The notes beneath the pieces were generated by a model. It was given only the letters and a program-made list of their open reading frames with translations. It searched no databases and was not told where the DNA came from. 64,000 bases of DNA. Origin: Antedon mediterranea (lineage: Eukaryota; Animalia; Echinodermata). The stretch is from positions 14,703,045 to 14,767,044 of the forward strand of contig NC_092680.1 of the NCBI RefSeq assembly GCF_964355755.1, given 5' to 3'. The position numbers and the translations under genes were made by a program. This document shows positions 1 to 11,696 of this stretch, piece after piece. The stretch's first letter is position 1, and the number at the start of each line of letters is the position of its first letter.

Positions 1-539
1 AACTACAGAAGAAAAACTGCATCCAATCATAATCCCCATCCTCAAAACAATGTATTTAATAGCTGATGCCCTGCTTTATAATTAAATAGAACATTTCATA
101 TCTTACGTTACACATGTTTACTAAGCCTACTGACAAATAAAATTGATAATAAATCATTATCATTAAATAGAATATCAATTAAAACCATCATTTAATGATG
201 AGCTGTAACATCAAAAAGTCAAGCAGCATTTTTTTGTAAGAAATATATCTTGTTTAATTTATCATCTTTTTGAATCTGAAATTAATTTCCTAAAAATCAA
301 TATTTTTGTAAAATTTTAGATAAATCTATTGCAGTTATTGCAGACTTTGCTGTACATAAAAGAACCTTAGATATTGTAGATCCACAAATCTTCTTAAATA
401 TCAATATTTAGAATGTAACTAAAAAGTTTGTCATGATGGAAAATGAAATATAATGTTTGCAATAGTATTTTAAGTTCAACGTTAACAATATTTGATTTTA
501 TTTGATTTTATAAAATTTCATATAAACAATTCATTAAAC

Positions 540-1275
540 AATGTCTTCAAATGGACGCAGACTTAAAGAACAGAATTGAGGAGATACTAGATAAGAACTG
601 CTAGAGTTTGTCCCTACTACAACCTTTTTTCACTTTCCGTGACACCATCTACCAACAAGTGCATTGAATCGCCATGGGAAGTCCATGTAGTCCAATAGTA
701 GCCAACCTATACATGGAATGGTTAGAGGAGCAGGCTATTGCTACAACTACACCTAACATTAAACCACGTTTATAGTTATATTATGTAGACGATATCCTAC
801 TGGTATCAACAAGGACACGGCTCCTATTCTTAATGACCACATCAATAACATTGATCCTACAGGAAATATAAAATGTATGTTTGAAGAACTTACCAACAAC
901 TCTATTCTTCGACACCCTCATCTCATTAGATATCGATGGCAACACATCGTAAACCAACAATACAAATCGATACACTACATGCATTTTGACTCTAATCACT
1001 CACTACAACATGAACTAATGTAACTCGCACTCTTATACATAGATGAAACAACATAGTTTCAACAGTCGGAAAGAGAGAAGATGAAATGAAGAACATCAAT
1101 ATAGCACTGAAAAACGGTGGATACCCTAATTGGACAGTAAATAAGGTAAAACAACAGAAGGAAGAAACAACCAAGAAAACACAAGACAAGGATATATTGG
1201 AATTCCTTACCTCAAAGGTCTATCAGAAAAGATAAAGAGAATTATACACTCACAAGATTGGAACATTCTTCAAAC
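540..1275 (+). mobile_element. Penelope-like element, degenerate reverse transcriptase fragment
   Basis: YQQVH*IAMGSPCSPIVANLYMEWLEEQAI and YVDDIL, with frameshifts and stops. Confidence 0.9.
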
Positions 1276-1633
1276 CTATTGATCATACATTCCAATAATT
1301 ATCGATCTATAGTTTCCCCTATGTTTCATAATTTTTTGGATTTTATTTGTGTTACACGAGCTTGTTGAAAATAAGCCCTTTCTTATCAGTGGGGGGATAG
1401 TTCAAATTACACAGTAAAATCTCTATTCTTTTGTACACAAATTTTGTAAATAGAGAGGCATTTTAAAAAGCTATTAAAAATAAATGGTGTGGTAAAAAAT
1501 GTTATCAGATAACTAAATATAGGTAATATAACTTGAATATTACATTCCTGATATTTTCATTCAACTTCAGATTTTTATTTTCATGCTATAGCAAAAATTA
1601 TCCACCGTATATCCACCATATTTTTTCACCTTT

Positions 1634-2622
1634 TAGGGAGTCACCAGACATGTTATTACATTAGGTTAACTACCTAACTACTGAAAAAAAGTCTTCCTGG
1701 TTTTTATAGAAGAATTTTGCCAAATTTTGTATTTGACCATATTAAGAAAAATTCATGTTTTTTCGTCTCGATTTCTGTTACAAATATTTGATTTGTGTAC
1801 AATTAACCAAATATTATATTTAAAATTCATGCCTGTACCTGAGCTTTAACATATCATTTCACCCCATTCCACCCAGAAGATTTGACCCTATAATGTTGTT
1901 AATACTACAAAAAACATGCAACAAAAGTTTGTCAGCCTGACCCCAAAAATAGCCTACCTCCAGATCCCCTAAAAAAAAACCCCCAAAAATAGTTTATTTT
2001 ACCCCATTTCACCCATGGACCAATATTTTCTACGAACATAGAAGTGCGTGAGAAACAAAAACTGAAAAAATATCAGCTCGGAAAGGTCATGTCAAGTCTC
2101 CTTATAATTACACCCTCCCAAATACGTTAATCTCACATTGTAGTATGCAAGTACATAAGAAAAAAATGAAAACTGACAACATTTGTTGGGTGCAAGAAGG
2201 TTCTTAAAATGAAAATCAGAAGTAGTAGTAGTATTCCAAACCTAAACTGAATAGAGGCGAACAAATCTCGCATGCAATGCTTTTTGTTAAATATTTTGTT
2301 CTAGAACATTAGATGCTAGATTAAATAATGTTAATTTATTTTTTTTTTTAAACACAAAAATATATTGTGTAAAACCATAAGGAAATTTAATAAGGCACGT
2401 GGGGTGGTGGAGGTGTGCTGGGGTAGAAGGAAATGGTTTTTGTTTTTTTGTTATGTCCTACCACACTATGTTTGTACAAATTTTGGTCCATGGGTGAGAT
2501 GGGGTGAAATAAACCATTTTTTTCCCAGGGTCAGGCTGACAAACTTGTTTGCATGGTTTTGGTAGTATTAACAACATTAAGGGGTCAAACTTTCTAGGTG
2601 GAATGAGGTGAAATCATATGTT
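1634..2622. mobile_element. Non-autonomous DNA-transposon (MITE-like) pieces inserted inside the Penelope element
   Basis: 1850-1950 and 2525-2622 are inverted copies; imperfect termini agggagtcaccagacatg (1635) / catgtcaagtctccctt (2088-2103). Confidence 0.6.
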
Positions 2623-2624
2623 AC

Positions 2625-3230
2625 TCGAAGGACAGTACTTGTAGAGTGTATGAAATACAGTAGGTTGTTTAAACTGTGAGGCTGTATATGTTTGGGAAAA
2701 GGGTAGAAAGTTAAAAACTAGGATTGAAGAACATAAGAAAGATGTTGAAATGTAAGAACAACGCATAAAACAGAATCATGAGCAGATTGAACCACACCCA
2801 CAACTGAGACGATACAAAAATATTGAAAAAGAAAGCACATGGCAAAAACATATAATAAAAGAATCGCTATTGATCAGAAAAAAATACAAAGATACCATGA
2901 ATAGGGATGACGGTGGATTCTCACTTTCTCACATATATGATCTGTTAATTTCACCTGAAAAGCCAAAGAACTTCGGTAAATCACAGACTAAGGTTACGAA
3001 TAGGGGAGCTGCTCAACAACAAGCCATACAGTAGTACTCCTAGCAATCACTAACATTTGGTCATTAGCAAATAAAGACTTGTTGGTAACAAGTCAAAACG
3101 TCGTAGACCCAACTATCCCCTCCCTTTGACACCCCCCACCCTCCAATCCCTTTGACACTACATTCAACTCTCCCCTCCTTTCCCCTAACACTACAAGTAC
3201 TGTGAATAACAATTACACATGTTTTGCACA
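2625..3230 (+). mobile_element. Penelope-like element 3' part: degenerate GIY-YIG endonuclease and pLTR tail
   Basis: VYEI...GRKLKTRIEEHKKD...IKESLLIRK...MNRDDGGFSLSHIYDLL, followed by a hammerhead-like relic at 3068-3105. Confidence 0.82.
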
Positions 3231-3421
3231 CACTAGTATGCCATTTCATTATCTTAACATTTTTTGGTTGCATTACCATCTTATTGTGTTTTTGTATCAA
3301 CTGTTTTGATTGATGTATCACCATTTCTTTTAGCTGTTTTATCATCATACTGTATTTTCATCTATTTTACTTCCTTCTTTTGGCTGTATCACGTTTTTTA
3401 AGCTGTTCTACCACCATCTTT

Positions 3422-4458
3422 TTAGGTTGTTGTTGCATCATCATCTTTTTGGGTTGTTGTTGCATCATCATCTTTTTGGGCTGCATCACCCTCTCTTTGG
3501 GCTGCATCACTATATTTTTGGGCTGCATCACTACCTGTTTTAGCTGCTGTATCACCACCTTTTTGTGATTTTGTACCACCATTTTTTTTAGTTGTATCAC
3601 CAGTATTTTCATTTATTTTTGTATTATTATCTTTTTTCCCTGTGTTGCTATCATCTTTTTGCCCTGTGTTGCTATCATCTTTTTGCCCTGTGTTGCTATC
3701 ATCTTTTTGGACTGTGTTGCTGTCATCTTTTTGCCCTGTGTTGCTATCACCTTTTTGCCCTGTGTTGCTATCATCTTTTTTCCCTGTGTTGCTATCACCT
3801 TTTTGCCCTGTGTTGCTATCACCTTTTTGCCCTGTGTTGCTATCATCTTTTTGGACTGTGTTGCTGTCATCTTTTTGGACAGTGTTGGTGTCATCTTTTT
3901 GGACAGTGTTGTTATAATCTTTTTGGACAGTGTTTCTATCATCTTTTTTCCCTGTGTTGCTATCATCTTTTAGCCCTGTGTTGCTATCATCTTTTTGCCC
4001 TGTGTTGCTATCATCTTTTTGCCCTGTGTTGCTATCACCTTTTTGCCCTGTGTTGCTATCACCTTTTTGCCCTGTGTTGCTATCATCTTTTTGGACAGTG
4101 TTGCTACATGTATCATCTTTTTGCCCTGTGTTGCTATCACCTTTTTGCCCTGTGTTGCTATCACCTTTTTGCCCTGTGTTGCTATCATCTTTTTGGACAG
4201 TGTTGCTATCATCTTTTTGCCCTGTGTTGCTATCATCTTTTTGCCCTGTGTTGCTATCATCTTTTTGCCCTATGTTGCTATCATCTTTTTGGACAGTGTT
4301 GCTATCATCTTTTTTGCCTGATGTACCACTAATTTGTTTGCCTTTTGTATCTGTTTGGGATTTTTTATCGTCTTTCAACTTTGAAGGTTCTTTTTTTTTT
4401 ATGAATTTGAAAACAGACTCCATTGCTTTTGATGATGTCTCTTCATGCTTTGTTGTAC
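3422..4458 (-). CDS. FAM172A: FAM172A last coding exon with long (K)DDSNTGQ repeat tail
   Basis: tttatag acceptor; [19 protein letters not shown] matches the family C-terminus, then the frame stays open through the 24-bp repeat to TAA at 3424-3422. Confidence 0.85.
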
Positions 4459-7400
4459 CTATAAATATACATTCAAATATTAGTTTTAAATGTTTGCCAT
4501 TTGCTGCAATCAATGTATGAATGATGTATGCAATGAATTTGTATTTACTAATAACATAAATCCAGCCTAATCAATACACAATTAATTCAATGTACTGTTT
4601 AACAGCAAAATTACTCTTTAATTTAAACTTTTACAAAGATTTTATTTTAATAATTAAATATCTTTTTTTAGAGAGTTGCTGGTAAATATGAAAAATCTAC
4701 TGGTGAACTGATAAATTCATGAAGGTTATACTGTATTTAGGAATAAATCTCTTTTGAAATAAACTTACCAGCTGAATATCGTTCAACATCTTTTTTATAA
4801 GACATTAGAGGAAGAGGAGTATCAAGCTCTTTATCAGAAGAAACCCAATTTTTTGCCCGCTTAAAGAGAAATTTAATTAAATATAAATAAAAGTACAGTA
4901 TAGTAGACCGGGCACCCTGAGAGAATTTATTATTGAGCTGATTATGTAGATATATGCCCAAGATTCAATATTGCTGCCGGGTCCTATCCTGTAAATTTAC
5001 CCTGGAAACATCAAATGAGGGGTAAAAAATGGATTTAATCATTTGAAAGGCCACAAAGGTAAATGTGTATACAATTTTAAAACAGTAATGACAGCAATTT
5101 TATTCTGTAAGTTGCCTGAGCCCCAAGTGACCACTCAAAAATTCCTTTTACACTTACAACTGTTGTAACAAAAATACCATTGACAGCAACTTTATCCTGT
5201 AAGTTTACCAAGACAGTAGCCCAAGATAGAAGTAGCGGTCGGACTCGGAAATTGTTGGGCTACTGTCTGGGCCAACTTACAGGATAAAGGGTAATAGTTA
5301 AAGGAATTTGCTGTGTTGCTCTTTGCATGATTCAGTCTTCAAACAGGGATTTTTGGGTAAAGTTGCTGTCAATGGAATTTTTGTGCATCCCAATGGGGAC
5401 CAACGGTTGCAATGCAAAAGAATGGCCTTGTGGCTTTTCACATGATTAAATCCATTTTTTAAATTTTCTATAGTCATTCTTATTCATTGCTAACATGATT
5501 TTTTTTATGTTGATATAAAGTTTACGGTACAGCACATGTATTAGTTCTGAAAAGGAGTAAGGACGATCAAAGCATATTGATCGAAACGTCGAGAAACTCA
5601 ACAGTTCTTTTTCAGAACTAATACATGTGGTATACCGCAATTGATTTCGCCATGCGAACCTTCAAACAATATGATTTTTTTATCTTTAAATTGTTATAGC
5701 TATTATGACATGCCATCTGTGGCAAAATATTTATTATAATGTTACTTTGCTTAATTAAATCATCTAGAGCCTCGAATAGAGCTATCTAGTATACTAGTTA
5801 AAATACCTGAATAAGCCATCCACGATGCATAGGTGAACTCAATTGATAACTTATCTGGTGCACAGAATCAGTAAATGCAATTGCAAATACACACTTGTCT
5901 AATAATTTATTATCAAGCTGGAACAAAATGATATGAGGATGAGTTAGAAACTGAATCAATTTTAGTATGCTTAAAGGACAACTTGACCGAGGACCATATT
6001 TCAACAAAGTATTAGGGATGTACATATGATTTTAGAACAATAGAGAGATAAAAGGTATCACCGTCGTCGCCGTAAAATGATGTGACGTGTGTGGTGAATC
6101 GCATAATTTACGTCCTGAGTTTTCACTGTTGTTAACATACAAGAGATAGGTATCACTTCAATTGCTAATTTGACCTGTATTAGGCTTAATATCCTTAATC
6201 TCGCATCGTTCTGAAATCATATGTACATCCCTAATACGTTGTTAAAATATGATTCTCGGTCAAGTTGTTCTTTAAGAGTATCTTTGCCATTTGATTGGTG
6301 AATTTTGTATTATTTTCTGTGCATTGTTTTCTCCCATTCAACAATTAATAGTAAATATTTGCACAGTCAGCTATTTTTAAGGCATGACTATTGTGTGACA
6401 GCAAATCCGTATGTAGAGTGCGCTGTCTATAAAATTAGTTTCACTTAACACTGAAGCCGGTATGTACCGAACAATACCAACAAGTAGCTGCCAATAAAAT
6501 GTTGACATTATGTTTGTACACATTATTTACTTACAAGGCTGAGCACAACACATCCTCCATAACTATGGGCAACAATTGCTATATGAGTTTTAGTATCATG
6601 TGCAACATTTAGTAGCTTCTCAAAAACATACTTTCCATGTTTCACTGGATTTTCACTACCCTGTAAAAAAATATTTTTGAGAAAGAAATAAAAAATAAGC
6701 GACAAAAAAAATAATGCAAATAACTTTTCATTCTCTACAACTGGAAATGATAAAAACATCATATAATTTATAGTATTGTTTGTTTCATGTCATTACTAGC
6801 TTACTCTAATTTCTTTGCCATCTTTATCCTCATTTTCATTTGTGTTCAAAACAAGAACTTCATACCCTTCCTAAAAAAGCCAACAAGTAAAACAATTATA
6901 AGCATACATTATTCATCAGGTCATTATTACAAAAACATTTGTATACAGAACAGAAACATTTAAAAATATTATTAAAGATAAAATTTATATGAAATGTAAT
7001 GAAAGAAAATAGTAGAAAACACAACTGGCAGCAATTGGTTAAAGAAAACTGAATTCTAATTACATAAGACAGAGAAGACTATATAAGGAAGTGCTTCCAG
7101 CATCTTTTAGAGAATACAATAGCTACCATGTCCAGTAGCCATTAAGTTAATTAATTGATATGTCTTGATGTTTAATTTTAAATGTAAATAGGCTAAGTAA
7201 TCATCAGGAATAGTCCTGAACAGGGAGATAAGCGCCGCTGCCCACCGATGAGTTTCGGGATCCCTTTGACCCTGAGAGAGAGTACCCATCAGGGTCCCTA
7301 CCTAGGGTTACAGGTCACAGGTTTTTTAGTTTTTTAAAATTAATTAGTGTTCCATGACCTTCTCATCAAAATTAATGTCTCTCATCGTTGTGCTATGTCA

Positions 7401-9369
7401 ACATAATGTCAATGACGGCGAAATCTCCCCAATAATGGGGATAGCTATGCAAACAATACTTCATTACTGTAAAACGTTCAGTCAATCGCAGGACTGCCGA
7501 CAGAAGGTCACATTACAAAGTTTACCTAGATTTTTTGGGTGACATGTCATGAACCACATGAAACACCTTCCGACATCAGCATCTCACATGATTTGTTTTC
7601 ACTAACATTGGATAGTGTGCTTGGCCAATTTACAAATTATGAATCAAGTTCTTTATTACCTTCATTGCCCTTTTAATGTATGGTATCTGTGTTCCAGTGT
7701 CCAGGCAATCATTAATAATCAGCCTCCTTGCCCACTGGCCCGCACGCACCACACCACTTCCATGGATAAGGATCAGTAACTTGCCTCTGGTTTTCAAAGC
7801 ATTCTTACTAGCAAACACAAAGCTTGTAGGCTCTCCCTCTGCTGCATCTAGCTAAATAAAAAAAATGATGGGTGAAACAAAAAAAACATTTACAAAAGTA
7901 TGAACAAAAACAGGCATCATTTCCACCTCTCTGCAACTTAACTGTGCGGAATTGTCGAACCTGTAATGAAGTGTTTGATTTCAAATCAACCGTAGCAAAG
8001 AAATTTGTCAAAAATATACATTTTTGTGGGAAATCTAATAGTGACAATAGTGATATTAAGGATATTAGAAGGTGCTCCAGCACAAATGGCAAGAGAGTTG
8101 GCACTGAGGGGAGCAGGGAGTTACCACCCCACTGTTCTGGTCCATCTCGTTTCGTTGTAGACAGATGTCTTGTGATAGTTGTACAGGAGCTGCAAGTGGA
8201 GATTCACACAGAAATTTAGCCCAGTGGCTGCAAGTTAAAGGTTACACTCCAACTATTACATTTAAAAAAGCCAAAACATATATTGCATAAATACATACTG
8301 GTATAGTAATTCTTTCCAAGTTGCACTCTGTTTCCAATAAATTATAGACATAATGATTTAGAATTTCTCCAAGTGCTTCGTATCGTTTTTGATTGTAGTA
8401 ATGGTTATCAGGTTTAATTACAAACTTGAATGGTTCATTATTATCACTTATTTCTCGAAGCTGACCATCTATAATTAGAAAATACAACATTATTTAATGT
8501 AGGGCATCAATTTCACTCGGTCTAGGGCAGCCAAAATTTACATAGGGGAACCAAAATTCAAAACCAACTATGTTGCAGCAAGGCAATCTAAGCTCCAGAG
8601 ATCAAAGGGTTTCTCTTTTACAAGTTCCTATCTTGGCAAAGCGAGCTCAGTGTCCTGTTGTTAGATTGCTTTGCTTGCTTGCAGGTATACATTATGTATG
8701 ACAATATATGACGATGTGAAATGGGTACTAGGACACACTCCAATTTGTTAATTGGAATAAAATGATCAGTAACAGTAAATACAGACCTTCATTAAATTTA
8801 TAATTGAATCCTTCAAGTGTATCTGGAAATGTATTTGGTTCTTGTTTTCTTCTTTTACTATCACACATACCATTTGAATTATCATTCTCATTGTCTGTTG
8901 ACATTCTACATTTTTCACTTTCACTTTCTTTAAAACAAAAATAAAAAATATATTCATAAATATGAGCGTTTAATTGAACCTATTGGTCAGATGTTTGCCC
9001 TATACTCTGATGTAATTTTTATTTTATACTAAGTACATTGAGAATACTTGCAAACCTAGACCAGCAAGTTTGCGATGATAGCTAGGGGTTTAATTCGATC
9101 CCAAGATTCGATCCCAAGGTTTGATTGGAACAATGGGGCCTTGTTATCAGAAATATAGTAGTCTAATCTCACCAGTTTTTATAGATCAATGAATGCAATC
9201 GAAATTTCAAGAAACTTTGAGACATTTTATTTATCAGTATGGGGTGGGAGTGTTTGAGAAAATAAAACAATTTAAAACCTTGAGTATCAGTATCCATGTC
9301 ACTATTGTCTGATGTCGGGCTTAGCATTTTCTGTTGGTTGGCAGTTTGTTCACAATCCTCAGATTCCAT
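3422..9369 (-). CDS. FAM172A: FAM172A/ARB2A cotranscriptional regulator (Arb2-like alpha/beta-hydrolase fold); 9 coding exons 9369-9279, 8927-8787, 8468-8299, 7851-7660, 6870-6805, 6660-6535, 5917-5807, 4859-4769, 4458-3422; 674 aa
   Basis: All introns are GT..AG with consistent phases; spliced length 2025 nt. Hallmark peptides: [93 protein letters not shown]. Confidence 0.95.
3630..4315. repeat. 24-bp coding minisatellite (ctttttgccctgtgttgctatcat), about 28 units
   Basis: Direct inspection; one unit carries a 6-nt in-frame insertion (DDTCSN). Confidence 0.97.
4769..4859 (-). CDS. FAM172A: FAM172A coding exon 8
   Basis: [16 protein letters not shown]...RYSA; gtaagt donor, phase 1. Confidence 0.92.
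5023..5460. repeat. Intronic inverted-repeat (MITE-like) element
   Basis: aaaaaatggatttaatcatttgaaaggccacaa versus ttgtggcttttcacatgattaaatccatttttt; internal gacagcaa.ttta..ctgtaag subrepeats. Confidence 0.65.
5807..5917 (-). CDS. FAM172A: FAM172A coding exon 7
   Basis: [21 protein letters not shown]...WLIQ; ttccag acceptor and gtattt donor. Confidence 0.92.
5975..6271. mobile_element. TTAA-targeting MITE (Kolobok/T2-type) in a FAM172A intron
   Basis: TTAA at 5971-5974 and 6272-6275; imperfect TIRs of ~80 bp (aggacaacttgaccgag / ctcggtcaagttgttct). Confidence 0.85.
6535..6660 (-). CDS. FAM172A: FAM172A coding exon 6
   Basis: [14 protein letters not shown]...[16 protein letters not shown] (nucleophile-elbow-like motif); gtaagt donor. 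Confidence 0.95.
6805..6870 (-). CDS. FAM172A: FAM172A coding exon 5
   Basis: [22 protein letters not shown]; tttttag acceptor and gtaagc donor. Confidence 0.9.
7660..7851 (-). CDS. FAM172A: FAM172A coding exon 4
   Basis: [15 protein letters not shown]...[20 protein letters not shown]...KRAMK; gtaata donor. Confidence 0.97.
8299..8468 (-). CDS. FAM172A: FAM172A coding exon 3
   Basis: DGQLREI...[21 protein letters not shown]...ITIP; gtatgt donor. Confidence 0.95.
8787..8927 (-). CDS. FAM172A: FAM172A coding exon 2
   Basis: ttttaaag acceptor; ends [16 protein letters not shown]; gtctgt donor. Confidence 0.9.
9279..9369 (-). CDS. FAM172A: FAM172A coding exon 1 (ATG at 9369; acceptor gives exon start 9387)
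   Basis: MESEDCEQ...DTDTQ; ttttcag acceptor upstream; GT donor at 9278, phase 1 matches next exon. Poorly conserved, so less certain. Confidence 0.7.
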
Positions 9370-10289
9370 GCTGTGGTGAAAACTAATCTGAAAACAATTC
9401 AATTTGCGATATCATCAACAGCGTTCAATACAGAGATTCACAAGAGATGAAATCTCTAAAGTAGTAGTAGTAATTCAGTGACATAACATGGTTTAGGGAC
9501 CTTTATTTCCACGGGCACTGCTCAGGGACGCCTTATAAGTCGTGAGGTAATTTCCCGATTGATCATAATCAAAACGGTACTGGGTTTGGTCTACTAGCGT
9601 TTCTGCTCCCAACCAGTACATCCATTCATAGAAGCTTTAATGAAGTAAGCCTACCTGGTGGTAACCATAGAACGGTTCCGAGATAACGACTATACTTCGG
9701 CTTTTAGTTGATAGAAGATTGAAAAAATTGTTAGAGATAGAGTATACGATGTTTGATTATGTGTAGATGTGTGCTCTGTTCTTTTATTCAAATGATGTTA
9801 TTTACTTAATAGGCTACATTTTTTATATCAATTAATTAAATTATCGTAGATTGTATATTATGCGAAAAATATTATTAAATAAATTTTTTATATATTATTA
9901 TTATTATTATATTAATAAAAAGACATTTGTTAGTATAAATTTTTTAAATATAGATATAAGGAAGAAAAGAAAAGAGATTATGGAGCGGCTGTACCAGAAT
10001 ATACAACACTAATTTAGGCGATCTTGTCAAAGGTCAAGCGCCTTCAGCAGGCCACGTTTCGATATTCAATATTGAACTTGACCTTATAAGTTCCTTGTAA
10101 TACAATAATGTAGCCAAATTTGTTTTGATAGAAGTATTCAATATTTATTGAACTTAAAATATTAGAATTTATGTGCTCACATATTTATAAATCAGTTTTT
10201 TATTTTCGCAAATGTTAAGGTGCCACTTTATTTTGAATTTTAATTAAAATATACTTCACATAATCAATTAATCAATAATGATTCAATAA

Positions 10290-10385
10290 TTCCAGTGACG
10301 ATGAGATGCTTCTCCTATATGTTGCTAATCAACAACATAAGAAAAGAAAAAGAGAATGGGTACAAGACATTTACATAAAAAAAAC
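10290..10385 (+). pseudogene. Short relic resembling a PIF/Harbinger transposase N-terminus
   Basis: SSDDEMLLLYVANQQHKKRKREWVQDI (acidic, hydrophobic, then KR.RxWV pattern). Confidence 0.4.
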
Positions 10386-11696
10386 GCACGGTTCATATAA
10401 AACGTCAAAGCATACTACTGCTACATTCAAATATTGCAATTACTAATTGGATGTTATAATTTATAAGTTTTCATAAGTCAATTGTGAAATATTAGATTAA
10501 AGTTATGTATTTTCTTGTTTTTCTTTTGGATTCACCGTTATTCGCATGAGTGCCACTGATATAAGTATTGGTTCCATGTGTTGGTTCCATTATCATTATT
10601 ACTATACTATATTGCGAATACAGTAAATTGTTTGGTAACTACGGTTCCAATAGTGACAAAGAATACTTAGGTAGTGCATTGTTTCTCACTTTTTATCATA
10701 ATTTACCATAAAACGTACATTTAAGACAAGGAATGACCTGTTTTAATGTTTTTAAAGTAGTATACATGTATTATTTTTACAAAACATCTACAAATTGTAG
10801 GGAAGGTGTCTTTTTTAAGATAATTTGAATTTATAACATTTTATTTTTATTCTTGAAACTGTAACCCTACCTAGGCTACTACACTGTAGTACTATAGTAT
10901 TAGGTCTAGCCAAGCCCTGCAACTAGGCCTTAACTTAAGCTAGGCCTCCTCCTAATAATTATACAGTACTACTTGTTAGGCGAGCTAGGCCTATTTATAC
11001 TGAACTAGTCCTAGCTAGGCTAGGCTCTCTTGCTGGTTTTGGCTGTACTGTTTAGTCTAGTAGTAGGCTAGCTAGCTAAAACTAGGCCTAGCCTAGGCCT
11101 AGCCATCTTATTCATATTTTGTTTTAAGCTATTGATGTTTGTACTTATGAATGTACTTACTTTAAAACAAATTAAGGTTAGTAATAAGAATATTGGTAAA
11201 ATAACAGAATTTATTCTGATGAAATCCAGCTCCTCTAGTAGCCTTAAATTGAATTGTAACACTAAAACAGGTACGGGAAAATCTAAAAGGGAATTTCCCC
11301 TTGTTAAGGTGGGTATGGTGTGCCTAATGTGCATTTCAAGGTTGTCATCCGGTAGCTTATTGTTTACTCAAAAAATGGGTATTTAGAAAACACGGATTGG
11401 GCATGCTCAGACCCAAAACACGTCTGGAAGAAAAGAGTCTATCAGATGTATTACAGGAATGATATGCTGGGGGTATGTGGGAGTACGGATTAATGCCTCC
11501 TAACCGGAATATACACAGTATTTTTGTTTTATACATCAGTAGGCTGGACTTTGTTCTAAAATAAAACTTGATTGTTTGATTTAATTAATTGATTAATAAG
11601 CTAGATCAACTGAATCCAATAACAATCCCCATCTTCAAAACAATTTACCTTGAATTTACCTTGAACTTCGGACGTTGAGAACTAGCTCATTTGTCC

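Noticed and set aside
15-55. About 37-bp similarity to 11608-11645
   Set aside because: Probably dispersed-repeat fragments; too short to classify.
3592-4520. Long Cys/Leu-rich plus-strand ORFs (246, 196, 108 aa)
   Set aside because: Antisense shadow frames of the 24-bp coding repeat in FAM172A.
7872-8219. 115-aa plus-strand ORF with CxxC
   Set aside because: Lies antisense within a FAM172A intron, has a non-ATG start and no recognisable domain.
10860-11105. TAGGCCTA/CTAG palindrome-rich tract (also 37195-37295, 38920-39010)
   Set aside because: Recurrent low-complexity motif across the window; no specific function can be supported.
9655-11300. Possible FAM172A 5' UTR exon (donor at 9654) and NF-kB-like gggaatttccc at 11289
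   Set aside because: Short motifs expected by chance; cannot be supported without transcript data.
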